A stretch of DNA of 47,707 nt from Clostridia bacterium (GCA_036562165.1 DATCKP010000124.1:1-47707), one strand, 5' to 3'. Counted from the stretch's first letter, positions 25,566-34,312 are shown. Translations and numbers: made by a program. The notes: generated by a model not told the origin, from the sequence alone.

Positions 25566-28261
25566 GACCCATAAGTTTAAAGATAAAAGGCATCAAAAAT
25601 TATCAGACCGAACAATTTATAGATTTTGAAGCCTTGTCAAGCGACGGCGTTTTTGGCATTTGCGGCAAAACAGGCAGCGGAAAATCGGCCATAGTAGAGA
25701 GCATTATTATAGCTCTTTTTGGCAATCTCCCTAGCGGCAAAAACGACAACTACAGCGTAGTTAACCTAACCACCAAGCAGGCTTATATAGAATTTGTTTT
25801 CAGCCTGAATAAAGACGGGCAGGAAAGAAAATACCTAATCGTCCGCAAACTCAAAACCGAAAACGAAAACAAAATGGAAGCGGAAATCTTCGATATCACC
25901 GACAAAAAAATTAGCCTTGCATCCGGGATAAGAGACGTAAAAAACTGCGTAATAGATCTGCTTAAGCTTAACGAAAAAGACTTTACCCAATGCGTAATAT
26001 TAGAGCAGGGTCAATATGACAAGTTCGTTACGGCGGACGCTTCCGAACGCAAAAAGATGATAGGCAATATCTTTTCTCTCAATAGATACGGCGAAGAGCT
26101 CAACAATAAGGTTTTGGAATATAGGCAGGTCTACAAAGCCAAAGTAGAGTCTATAGAGAGCGTTTTAAACAGCATAGGCCCTATAGATAAAAAGCTTGTT
26201 GAAGATAAGAAAAAAGATTACATTGATTTACAAAAACAATTAGAAGACGTTTCCAAACAAAAAGAGAGGGCGGCGGCGTATTTGAGCGAGTTAGAAAAAT
26301 TATACGACCAATACAAAAAGTATCTCGAATTTCAGGAAAAATTAAAGATTGCCCAAGAGCAAAAATCGGCTTTGGAGAAAAAAGTTCAAGAATTGTCGAA
26401 CGACCACGCTCAAAAAGCCGAGCAGGCAAAGCAAGTTAAGGATTTGACCCTTCAAAAAGAAGAGTTAAAGTCTTATATTGATTCGCTTAATAATAACCGC
26501 TCCAGCCAACAAAAACTTAAAGATTTGGACGCGCAAAGAAACGAAAAAGTTCAGGAATATAAGAAAGTAAAAGCAGAGATTAACCTTCTTAAAGACAGTT
26601 TGCAAAAATCCCGAAAAACGCAAGAAAAAATCTTGGAAGTTTTAAACGAACGCCTAAACGAATTGGATAAGCTTTTCGATATAAAATTGTCTTTAGACGA
26701 TAAACTTGCTGTCAACCTTGTGGATAAATTTAAAGAATACGATTCTAATGTTCAAAACTATTTAAAATTGAGCACAGAACTAGAAAAATTAAATAAAGAG
26801 ATTAACGAAAACGAAAAAGAATTGCAAGGTTTGTATTCTCTTCAAGCCGATATAGTAATAAAATCCAACGAATATAAAAAGATTTTAGACGAATTAAAAA
26901 AAGAACGCGAGCGTCTGGCGGAACAAAACGCCAAAGCGATATTGCGGGCTAAAGTCAAAATCGGCGACCCTTGCCCGATTTGCGCCAGCGTAATTAAAGA
27001 GCTTCCCGAAGACACGGAGATTGTTAATCTAGAAGATATAAACAACCAAATCAATGATTGGGAAAAGGCGTATTACGATATCAATAAAACCCAAGCGGCG
27101 CAAGGCGAAAGAATTTTTAATTTAGAAAAAAGCGTCAAAGAAAAACAACAAAAAGCTGAAAAGCTTCGTCAGGATTTAGCCGACCTTAAGCTTGACGACG
27201 ATTGCGCGAAAAAAAAAGACAAGCTGACTAAAATAAAAGACGACTGCTTAAATCTAATAGCGCAAAACGACAAAATCCAAAAAGATATCCAAGAGCAATC
27301 GGCTAAACTTGAGAAAAACGAAGCGCTTTTGCAAAAGATTGAAGAGCAAGGCAAAAGCATAAACGCCCAAATTGCCGAATTGCAAGACAGCCTTAAGAAA
27401 ATTTTAGGCGGTTATGACTCCTTTGAACAAGCTTTGAAAGATAGCCGTGAGAAGTATGAAAATCTGCAAGCAAAGATTCAAGATCTTACAGAAGCCGAAA
27501 AAGCGGCGTTTCAAGCTTTAAACGACACTAACGCGGAATTAATAAAAACTTTGACCGAAATAGACAGCTATAAAAACAGCTTATCATCATTAAGCTCAAA
27601 AGAGATAACCCAAGCCCAGTTAGACCAAGCCCGCGAAGAAAAATCCAAATTGGAAGAGACTCAAAACAATCTCTCCCAAAAACTAGGCGAGCTAAAGAGC
27701 GAAATAGAAAGGCTTGAGCAAGACTTGCAAAAAGCCGATCAAGCCCAAAAAGAATTATCAAAAGCTCAAAAAAAGCTTGATTTGATCAATCAGCTTCACA
27801 AGCTCACTTCGTCGAATAAGCTTATGGAGTTTATGGCGGAAGAGTATATAGAAGAATTCACTTACGCCGCGAGCGAGCATCTTAACGCGCTGACTATGGG
27901 GCAGTTTGAGCTTATATACCAAAACGGTTTTTGGATAAAAGACCATTTTTGCGGCGGACAAATAAGAAAGGTCAATACGGTATCAGGCGGAGAGATGTTT
28001 TTGGTGTCTTTGTCTTTGGCGATTTCGATTTCCCGCGCGCTTTCACGAAGAAGCGGGGCGGCGGCTGTGGAGTTTTTGTTTATAGACGAGGGCTTTGGAA
28101 CGCTGGACTCCGACCTGATAGATACCGTCATGGACGCTTTGGAAAAACTCAAAGACAGTTTTATAATAGGGCTTATTTCGCACAGGGTAGAGCTTCAGCA
28201 GCGCCTGCCTAAAAAACTATATATTCAAAAAACTTCCAAAGGCAGCGTCATAAGCTGTTAA
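25562..28261 (+). CDS. sbcC: Exonuclease SbcC (Rad50-like SMC ATPase)
   Basis: Walker A GKTGSGKS, long coiled coil with central zinc hook CPIC, C-terminal signature SGGE and Walker B FLFIDEGFG. ATGA overlap with sbcD. Confidence 0.92.
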   Translation: MRPISLKIKGIKNYQTEQFIDFEALSSDGVFGICGKTGSGKSAIVESIIIALFGNLPSGKNDNYSVVNLTTKQAYIEFVFSLNKDGQERKYLIVRKLKTENENKMEAEIFDITDKKISLASGIRDVKNCVIDLLKLNEKDFTQCVILEQGQYDKFVTADASERKKMIGNIFSLNRYGEELNNKVLEYRQVYKAKVESIESVLNSIGPIDKKLVEDKKKDYIDLQKQLEDVSKQKERAAAYLSELEKLYDQYKKYLEFQEKLKIAQEQKSALEKKVQELSNDHAQKAEQAKQVKDLTLQKEELKSYIDSLNNNRSSQQKLKDLDAQRNEKVQEYKKVKAEINLLKDSLQKSRKTQEKILEVLNERLNELDKLFDIKLSLDDKLAVNLVDKFKEYDSNVQNYLKLSTELEKLNKEINENEKELQGLYSLQADIVIKSNEYKKILDELKKERERLAEQNAKAILRAKVKIGDPCPICASVIKELPEDTEIVNLEDINNQINDWEKAYYDINKTQAAQGERIFNLEKSVKEKQQKAEKLRQDLADLKLDDDCAKKKDKLTKIKDDCLNLIAQNDKIQKDIQEQSAKLEKNEALLQKIEEQGKSINAQIAELQDSLKKILGGYDSFEQALKDSREKYENLQAKIQDLTEAEKAAFQALNDTNAELIKTLTEIDSYKNSLSSLSSKEITQAQLDQAREEKSKLEETQNNLSQKLGELKSEIERLEQDLQKADQAQKELSKAQKKLDLINQLHKLTSSNKLMEFMAEEYIEEFTYAASEHLNALTMGQFELIYQNGFWIKDHFCGGQIRKVNTVSGGEMFLVSLSLAISISRALSRRSGAAAVEFLFIDEGFGTLDSDLIDTVMDALEKLKDSFIIGLISHRVELQQRLPKKLYIQKTSKGSVISC

Positions 28262-28270
28262 AACGCATAA

Positions 28271-28319
28271 TTGACCCGCTTTTTTAAAAAAAATATAATG
28301 CCTGACAAAACTTATTAAG
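28271..28319 (+). repeat. Direct repeat copy 1 flanking murA (3-prime side)
   Basis: TTGACCCGCTTTTTT...TGCCTGACAAAACTTATTAAG. The last 14 nt, CAAAACTTATTAAG (28306-28319), are identical to 29627-29640. Confidence 0.45.
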
Positions 28320-29562
28320 CGTAATAGTCTATAACCGCGTTTACGCCCGAAAGTTTTCCCACTATGTCTTGATAGCCGCGGCTTATATAATGATCCCCGC
28401 TAATAATCGTCACGCCTTTGGCTTTTAGGGCGGCTCCCACTAACGCCGCGCCGCCTCTAAGATCTGTCGCGGCTACCTTGGAAGGATTTAGGGTCTCCAC
28501 GCCCTCTATGACGGCGGTATTGCCTTGAATGTTTATTTTCGCGCCCATATGATTGAGCTCTTGGGCTTGCTGGAACCTGTTTTCAAACACGGTTTCGGTA
28601 ATCGTGCTTACGCCGTCGCATACAGCCATAAGGCTGAGCATAAGCTGCTGCAAGTCCGTAGGGAACTCAGGATGCGGGCCTGTTGTTATGTGCGCGGCTT
28701 TGAGCCGTCTGTCTACTGAGATTTTTATGGTGTCTTTGGCGCAGTCGATTTTAGCACCCATCTCTCTTAAAACCGAAATAACCTTTTCCAAATCTTTAGG
28801 CCGCGTGTTTCTTAAAGTCAATTCTCCCCCCGCAATACAGCAATAAATCAAAAAAGTTCCCGCTTCTATATGGTCTGGAGAAATCACGTAAGGGCTTGTT
28901 TGGGCCAGTCTATCCACGCCGTTAATTTCAAGTTTAGGCGTGCCTATGCCTTTTATGTCCGCTCCCAAAGAAACCAAAAACTTTGCGGCGTCCGCTACAT
29001 TAGGCTCTGTCGCCGCGTTTTTTATTACCGTCTTGCCTTTTGCGAGCGCCGCGGCTATCATAAGGTTAACCGTCGCCCCTACCGACGGATAGGGCAAGGT
29101 TATGTCGCCGCCCGCTATGTCGCCGTAAGCGTTTAGGAATATTTTGTCTTCTACTATCTTGCTCTTTATTCCTAAGATTTCAAATCCGTCTAGATGATAA
29201 TTTATGGGCCTAGAGCCGATTTTACAGCCGCCGGGCATGCTCACGCAGGCCATTTTGAACCTGCCGGTAAGCGCGCCCATAAAATAACTTGCCGCCCTTA
29301 TGCTTTTCATCTTGGGATGAACGGCAAAACAGCTGTTTAAAGTATCAGGCTCTATGACCATCTTTCCACGCGCGTCTATATGCGTGCGGCAGCCCATAGA
29401 ATGCAGGATCTCGCGCATATCGAATATGTCTTCGATCAAAGGCACGTTTTGTAGTTCTACAGGGGTGTCGCAAAGACAAGCCGCCGCTATTATAGCCAGC
29501 GCCGCGTTTTTGCTTCCGCTTATTATAACTTCGCCCGAGAGTTTTTGTCCGCCGTTTACCAT
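28315..29562 (-). CDS. murA: UDP-N-acetylglucosamine 1-carboxyvinyltransferase
   Basis: KLSGEVIISGSKNAALAIIAAA at the N-terminus and EPSP-synthase fold sequence throughout. Start at 29562 (MVNGG) or 29568. Confidence 0.94.
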   Translation of the reverse strand: MVNGGQKLSGEVIISGSKNAALAIIAAACLCDTPVELQNVPLIEDIFDMREILHSMGCRTHIDARGKMVIEPDTLNSCFAVHPKMKSIRAASYFMGALTGRFKMACVSMPGGCKIGSRPINYHLDGFEILGIKSKIVEDKIFLNAYGDIAGGDITLPYPSVGATVNLMIAAALAKGKTVIKNAATEPNVADAAKFLVSLGADIKGIGTPKLEINGVDRLAQTSPYVISPDHIEAGTFLIYCCIAGGELTLRNTRPKDLEKVISVLREMGAKIDCAKDTIKISVDRRLKAAHITTGPHPEFPTDLQQLMLSLMAVCDGVSTITETVFENRFQQAQELNHMGAKINIQGNTAVIEGVETLNPSKVAATDLRGGAALVGAALKAKGVTIISGDHYISRGYQDIVGKLSGVNAVIDYYA

Positions 29563-29610
29563 TATCATATGCCTTTAGTATTTATAGAGCTCAAAATAAT
29601 TATTCTTTTT

Positions 29611-29640
29611 TTGGACGCTTTTTGCCCAAAACTTATTAAG
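29611..29640 (+). repeat. Direct repeat copy 2 flanking murA (5-prime side)
   Basis: TTGGACGCTTTTTGCCCAAAACTTATTAAG aligns to copy 1 with two gaps and shares an exact 14-mer. Confidence 0.45.
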
Positions 29641-29727
29641 ACTATATTTTTATGCCGTCGGTATAGACGATTTAGACAAAGGACATAATCCTTATATTAA
29701 AACTTTGGGGTCGAAGGGAGAAAACGT

Positions 29728-30483
29728 ATGATAGAAGAGCTCACCGGCAGCATTACGCTCAAAAAGGGCGACGAAGTGTTTTTGGACAACGTAAGCCTAA
29801 GGCTCAACCGCGGAGAAGCTATGGCGCTGTATGGCGAAAACGTGTCTTTAAAACGGCTGTTTTTGAAGATTATAGCGTCCCAAAAAAAAGACTTAGTTTT
29901 GCTTATAGAAGACGACACGATCTTAGCCGATATAATATCCGCCAACTCCGAAAGGTATATCTTAAGAACGAGCGTATTGTTTGGAGCTTTTGACGTAACA
30001 GAATATCTAGAGTATAAATTTTCGCACCTGCAAGCGTCAAGAACGCAAAAATTAAATATAATAAAAGACCGCCTCTCAAGGTTCGGCTTAGAACGCCGAA
30101 GCCATACTAAACTAAAAAACCTGTCTTTAGAAGAAGCCGCGCTGCTTAATATCGCCGCGCAGTCTACAACTCAAAAAAAGGTTATAATCATCGACGCGGA
30201 CAGTTTTTTGGACGCGTCGGTAAAGCCTTTTTTGGAAAGAGCGGTAATCGCCCTAAAAAGCTTGGGATACACCGTTTTGCTAAGCGTGTGCGTAAAAGAG
30301 TTAAGCGAATGCGCCGGCGTTGACAGAATAGGGGTAATAGAAAACGGCAAGATAATAGAACTAACGCCGCCTAAAAAGACTTACGCGTCCCAAAAAAGTG
30401 TTTTAAATTCGAGTTTAATTGACAAAATAAAGCGTTTTTTCTTAAAATTTATAGGTAGTTCCAAAAAACGCATTGGGGATTAA
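29728..30483 (+). CDS. ABC-ATPase-fold protein with degenerate catalytic motifs (pseudo-ATPase)
   Basis: Overall ABC NBD layout, but Walker A is GENVSLKR, the signature is LSLEEA, Walker B is VIIIDAD, and the H-loop position is LLSVCV. GGGAG RBS. Confidence 0.7.
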   Translation: MIEELTGSITLKKGDEVFLDNVSLRLNRGEAMALYGENVSLKRLFLKIIASQKKDLVLLIEDDTILADIISANSERYILRTSVLFGAFDVTEYLEYKFSHLQASRTQKLNIIKDRLSRFGLERRSHTKLKNLSLEEAALLNIAAQSTTQKKVIIIDADSFLDASVKPFLERAVIALKSLGYTVLLSVCVKELSECAGVDRIGVIENGKIIELTPPKKTYASQKSVLNSSLIDKIKRFFLKFIGSSKKRIGD

Positions 30484-30597
30484 GCAAATTTTAAAAAAAT
30501 ATTTTAATGCAATTTTAATCTTTTTTTAATATGCCGTTAATGCTTTTTTGACCCCGATATAGTATATTATTATTGAAACTAAAGGCAGGTAAAATCA

Positions 30598-31275
30598 ATG
30601 AGATTTATAAAATGGGTATTAAGATCAATATTAGGATTGGCGGCGTTCTTTGGCGTCGCGGTCTCCATGAGCGTGCCGCTTGTTCCTATGACTATATTCG
30701 TTATAAAATGGCTTGGTTCTAAAGTCGCCGTTTTCCAAAGTCTGCCTTGGTGGACGCCTTACGCTTTGGCGTTTTTGGGCGGGTTTGCGGTTACGGCGCT
30801 TATTAAATCTTTGCCTATAATCCGCAATTTTAGAAAGTTCTTGGCCGAGTTCTTCTTGTTTGGCGGAATATACGCGGGATTGTTTTACGTTTCCCAGACC
30901 TATTTCTATTACAATCCCATAGTCAGCCAAAACTTAATAGACTTGGCGTATAATTACACCAAATTCGGATTTATCCCTACGGTGTTCTCTAATAACGTTT
31001 ATACGATGCTGGCAGGCGCGGGCTTATTGTTTGTATTCTTACTGGTCTTTGTATTAGCAAGAGCTTTAAGAAACCAAAACAAAATTCAAGCAAAGCTGGC
31101 TATGAGCGCTTACAAAGGCGCGCGTCCCGCCGCTCCGACCAACGTGGTAAGCTCCGCTGACGGCAGGATTGTGGATTATAAGGCGAAAAGATACGTAAGA
31201 GACATTTGGGGCAATTATATAGAAGAAGACGACTATAACGCAAGAATTAACGAAATAAAAAACAGAAGACTATAA
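30598..31275 (+). CDS. Hypothetical integral membrane protein (about 5 TM, basic C-terminal tail)
   Basis: Hydrophobic segments throughout the first 160 aa; AGGCAGG upstream. No family recognised. Confidence 0.7.
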   Translation: MRFIKWVLRSILGLAAFFGVAVSMSVPLVPMTIFVIKWLGSKVAVFQSLPWWTPYALAFLGGFAVTALIKSLPIIRNFRKFLAEFFLFGGIYAGLFYVSQTYFYYNPIVSQNLIDLAYNYTKFGFIPTVFSNNVYTMLAGAGLLFVFLLVFVLARALRNQNKIQAKLAMSAYKGARPAAPTNVVSSADGRIVDYKAKRYVRDIWGNYIEEDDYNARINEIKNRRL

Positions 31276-31308
31276 AAAACAGAAGAATAAAAATTATACT
31301 TTTAAAAG

Positions 31309-31340
31309 TCCCGCGGTTAATCAGGAGCGGGATTTTTTTT
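31309..31340 (+). terminator. Terminator after the membrane protein gene
   Basis: TCCCGC (31309-31314) / GCGGGA (31327-31332) followed by T8. Confidence 0.75.
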
Positions 31341-31358
31341 AAGGTTGTATTTATCCTA

Positions 31359-31388
31359 TTGACAAAACCTAGCATATTAATCTATTAT
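31359..31388 (+). promoter_or_regulatory. Promoter of metA
   Basis: TTGACA (31359-31364), 18 nt, TATTAT (31383-31388). This leaves only about 30 nt of leader. Confidence 0.5.
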
Positions 31389-31420
31389 ATATGAAATAAA
31401 TTTTTAAAAAAGGGGTTTTT

Positions 31421-32356
31421 ATGCCGGTCAACGTATCTGGAAATCTGCCCGCTGTAAAAGCTTTGGAAAAAGAGAACATATTCGTTATGACCCAAGAGCG
31501 CGCGATTACCCAAGACATACGCCCGCTCAGAATAGTCATACTTAACTTGATGCCTATCAAGGAAGTTACCGAATGTCAACTGTTAAGGCTCATTTCCAAC
31601 ACCCCCTTGCAAGTGGACGTGGTGCTTTTGAGAACGGAAAGCTACGAAGGCACGCATACGCCCAAAGAGCATCTAAAAGAGTTTTATAAGACCTTCAGCC
31701 AGATAAAAAACGAAAAGTTCGACGGTCTTGTTATCACGGGCGCGCCCGTGGAGACTATGGACTTTTTTAACGTTTTGTATTGGGACGAATTGACCGAAAT
31801 CATAAAATGGGCTGACACCAACGTATATTCGACGTTGTATATATGCTGGGCGGCTCAAGCCGGGCTGTATTTGCACTACGGCATTCCTAAATACAGACTG
31901 CCTAGAAAGATAAGCGGCGTGTTTGAGCACAGGCTGTGCTCTAAACTTAACCCTATAGTAAGGGGATTTGACGACAAATTTTTAGCGCCGCACTCTAGAT
32001 ACACCGAAGTAAGACGCGAAGATATAGAAAAACATCCTTCGCTAGAGATTTTGGCTGAATCCGACGAAGCGGGCATCTATATTGTAGCCACCAAAAACTT
32101 GCGTCACGTATATGTTACTGGTCACAGCGAATACGACGCCGACACCTTGCATAAGGAATATGTCCGCGACATCAACAAAGGCTTGGACGTGGATATTCCC
32201 AAACATTATTATATAAACGACGAAGTGGGCAAAATCCCGCCTATGACATGGCGCAGCCATTCTATGCTGTTGTTTAACAACTGGCTTAACTACGCGGTAT
32301 ATCAAGAAACTCCTTACGACTTGTCAAAGCTGCCCGTATCCGACCATAAAGAATAA
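31421..32356 (+). CDS. metA: Homoserine O-acyltransferase MetA
   Basis: N-terminus [23 protein letters not shown]...[13 protein letters not shown] and the conserved C..W...H catalytic-region sequences of the MetA family. Confidence 0.94.
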   Translation: MPVNVSGNLPAVKALEKENIFVMTQERAITQDIRPLRIVILNLMPIKEVTECQLLRLISNTPLQVDVVLLRTESYEGTHTPKEHLKEFYKTFSQIKNEKFDGLVITGAPVETMDFFNVLYWDELTEIIKWADTNVYSTLYICWAAQAGLYLHYGIPKYRLPRKISGVFEHRLCSKLNPIVRGFDDKFLAPHSRYTEVRREDIEKHPSLEILAESDEAGIYIVATKNLRHVYVTGHSEYDADTLHKEYVRDINKGLDVDIPKHYYINDEVGKIPPMTWRSHSMLLFNNWLNYAVYQETPYDLSKLPVSDHKE

Positions 32357-32374
32357 AATTAAAGTCAATAAAAT

Positions 32375-32409
32375 AAAAAACAGTATCTTTAAAAGATACT
32401 GTTTTTTTT
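32375..32409. terminator. Bidirectional terminator between metA and the Fic-like gene
   Basis: Perfect palindrome CAGTATCTTT-A-AAAGATACTG flanked by A6 and T8. Confidence 0.88.
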
Positions 32410-32411
32410 AT

Positions 32412-33038
32412 TTATCGGGCGATTACGCAGTTACGCAAAAACTCTTTCAGGGGTTTATTTTTGCCGGTGTTGTAGAAATACAAAGATTTTAGGCTATAAT
32501 CCACCAAGTCTTTGTCTTGTATCAGCATAAGCCCCGCGTCGTTTTTTATAAGTATAAAGTTAGCGGCGATCAGCATAGTGCGTTTTACGCCTTTAGAGAA
32601 CAGCTGGTTTTTGCAGCCGTAGATAAAGTATTCTATGGCTTTATCTATAGGGTCTTCGATTTTTAGCATATTTTCTAAATCTTGAGCGGTTTGAGCCGGA
32701 TCGGGCGGCGGCAAGTTCTTTTCGTTTGGTTTTGCTCTCAATTGTCCCGCGTCAGAATCTAGATCGCTTAACACGATAGAGTTAATCTTGCGTAAAAAAT
32801 CTAAATCGGGCTCAAGGGACAGATTTTCCAAAGCGTATTGCCAAGCTTTTTGAAGGTTTTTGATTGCGGTCTTTTGCTCTTGAGAAATTCTGCAAACGTT
32901 GATGTCGTCTAAAATCGCCTGAACTTCATGCAAGGTAACGTTAATATTGGTTAGTTTAGCGCAAGAATACACGCATTTGGTCAGGTATTTTTGGGCAAGC
33001 TCCAAGCTGTTTTCTTGCGAAAGAAAACCTTTCGTCAT
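32412..33038 (-). CDS. Fic/Fido-fold protein with degenerate active-site motif
   Basis: Collinear with the Fic layout (INVTLHEVQAILDD; KNLQKAW; FLRKINSIVL...AGQLR). At the HxFx(D/E)GNGRxxR position it reads QLFSKGVKRTML (32571-32606). AGGAGG RBS. Confidence 0.6.
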   Translation of the reverse strand: MTKGFLSQENSLELAQKYLTKCVYSCAKLTNINVTLHEVQAILDDINVCRISQEQKTAIKNLQKAWQYALENLSLEPDLDFLRKINSIVLSDLDSDAGQLRAKPNEKNLPPPDPAQTAQDLENMLKIEDPIDKAIEYFIYGCKNQLFSKGVKRTMLIAANFILIKNDAGLMLIQDKDLVDYSLKSLYFYNTGKNKPLKEFLRNCVIAR

Positions 33039-33079
33039 AAATACCTCCTAATAATAAATATATTTTTAGGCGGCTAAAA

Positions 33080-33877
33080 TTAATAATTGTTTTGGAGCCT
33101 TAAGGTGTTTTCTTCCACGCTGACCAAAATCAAGCCGTTTGAAGTTTTTCGATAATATTCCAGCCGATCTGGATACTCCGCTATAAACAAGGAAGGGTCT
33201 TTGCGGGTGCGGTATAGTTTTGCGGGCTCTTCAAAAGACACGTCGTAATTATTGCTGCAGGATTTTAGGTTGTCTGTATAAGATTTTAGGTCGGGTATAT
33301 CAGGAGCCTTAACGCGAATATCTTTTTCGGGGATAACTTCGTATGCGACGTTAAACCACTCGGCGCTTCGTCTTTGCAAAAGCGATTTTTTTATATCGTT
33401 AGGGCCTACGTATTGCTCGCGATAGTCGTAAGGCTCGGGCTGATTCCATTGTTCTTGATAAAAATCAGCTTGCCTAGGTCTAGGCATAGATTCTACAGGT
33501 TCTTTAAATTGGCTTTGCGTTATGGGGTTTTTCGCGTAATTTTTCTCTTTAGATTTAAGCCATTTTTTTTGGCTTGAAGGCAAGATATTGACGTTTTTGT
33601 CGGTTTCTTGCGGATTATCTTTAGCTTTTTGCGGTTTTTTGGGCGCGACAAGCTTTCTTACAAACAATAGCATGCTCAAAACCGTTCCGCCCGCTACCAA
33701 AACTATAAAATGCGGAAGATATTCCAAAAATGAAAACGGAACGGCAGCCGACGCGAACGCGAAAATCACCGCGAAACTTATGGGAATCCATAGATAAAGC
33801 TTAACAATCAAAAATCCAAGGATTTTTGACGCTGTTTTAACCAAAAACTTAATAAACTTCCACAAAAGCTTTATCAT
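33080..33877 (-). CDS. Hypothetical membrane protein (2-3 N-terminal TM, Pro/Gln/Lys-rich linker, C-terminal globular region)
   Basis: The ORF has strong hydrophobic N-terminal segments. It lies 41 nt upstream of the Fic-like gene on the same strand. No family recognised. Confidence 0.7.
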   Translation of the reverse strand: MIKLLWKFIKFLVKTASKILGFLIVKLYLWIPISFAVIFAFASAAVPFSFLEYLPHFIVLVAGGTVLSMLLFVRKLVAPKKPQKAKDNPQETDKNVNILPSSQKKWLKSKEKNYAKNPITQSQFKEPVESMPRPRQADFYQEQWNQPEPYDYREQYVGPNDIKKSLLQRRSAEWFNVAYEVIPEKDIRVKAPDIPDLKSYTDNLKSCSNNYDVSFEEPAKLYRTRKDPSLFIAEYPDRLEYYRKTSNGLILVSVEENTLRLQNNY

Positions 33878-33883
33878 AATTAA

Positions 33884-33912
33884 ATTATAACATCTAAAAA
33901 CCCTTGGTTCAA
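33884..33912 (-). promoter_or_regulatory. Promoter placing the transcription start at or next to the ATG (leaderless candidate)
   Basis: Minus strand: TTGAAC (rc of 33907-33912), 17 nt, TATAAT (rc of 33884-33889), then only 6 nt (TTAATT) before the ATG at 33877. No SD. Confidence 0.55.
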
Positions 33913-34060
33913 TAGGGATAAATTAATAAAAATGATTAGGTAAGATTTTAATTTGTTAAAATGTTTATTTAAAACTTTTACTATTATTAAAGCATAGAAA
34001 AGATTTTATATGCTTTTATATCACGTCAAAATGCGTATGGTTTTATTAAAAATGGCCTAT

Positions 34061-34102
34061 AAATAAAAGCCGTTTTTACTAACTATGCTAGTAAAAACGG
34101 CT
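34061..34102 (-). terminator. Terminator after tRNA-Thr(CGT)
   Basis: AGCCGTTTTTACT (34068-34080) / AGTAAAAACGGCT (34090-34102), with a U-rich tract on the minus strand. Confidence 0.75.
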
Positions 34103-34108
34103 ATCTTT

Positions 34109-34184
34109 TGGAGCTGATGAAGGGACTCGAACCCTTGACCTATTGATTACGAATCAATTGCTCTACCGGCTGAGCTACATCAGC
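34109..34184 (-). tRNA. tRNA-Thr, anticodon CGT, CCA encoded
   Basis: Hand-folded. Acceptor GCTGATG/CATCAGC, D stem GCTC/GAGC, anticodon stem ATTGA/TCAAT with loop TTCGTAA, T arm AAGGG-TTCGAGT-CCCTT. 76 nt. Confidence 0.95.
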
Positions 34185-34202
34185 TTAAGAAAACGCAGAT
34201 AT

Positions 34203-34231
34203 ATTATACAATTAGATATAAAAAAACTCAA
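34203..34231 (-). promoter_or_regulatory. Promoter of tRNA-Thr(CGT)
   Basis: Minus strand: TTGAGT (rc of 34226-34231), 17 nt, TATAAT (rc of 34203-34208). Confidence 0.6.
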
Positions 34232-34312
34232 CTAAAATTTTTTGCTTATTTTTTTAAAAATCACCAAATAAGCCCTTTTTTATAAACTATATCAACTGAT
34301 AAAATTTTTTAA

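Noticed and set aside
24432-28261. SbcD/SbcC considered as the nuclease-ATPase core of a defence system (Lamassu/Wadjet/Gabija-like).
   Set aside because: It has the canonical Mre11 phosphoesterase motifs, the Rad50 zinc hook and Walker/signature motifs, the standard two-gene ATGA-coupled operon, and no accessory defence genes. This is consistent with housekeeping SbcCD.
28281-28298. T6A8 tract between convergent sbcC and murA considered as a terminator.
   Set aside because: There is no GC-containing stem, only an A/T palindrome, so it is not a credible intrinsic terminator by itself.
21694-34184. Idea that the 12.5-kb segment bounded by the two tRNA-Thr genes is a tRNA-targeted genomic island.
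   Set aside because: The content is core housekeeping (dnaB/dnaI-like, sbcCD, murA, metA). There is no integrase or phage gene, and no partial tRNA direct repeat beyond the two complete, differently anticodoned tRNAs. I could see no compositional break.
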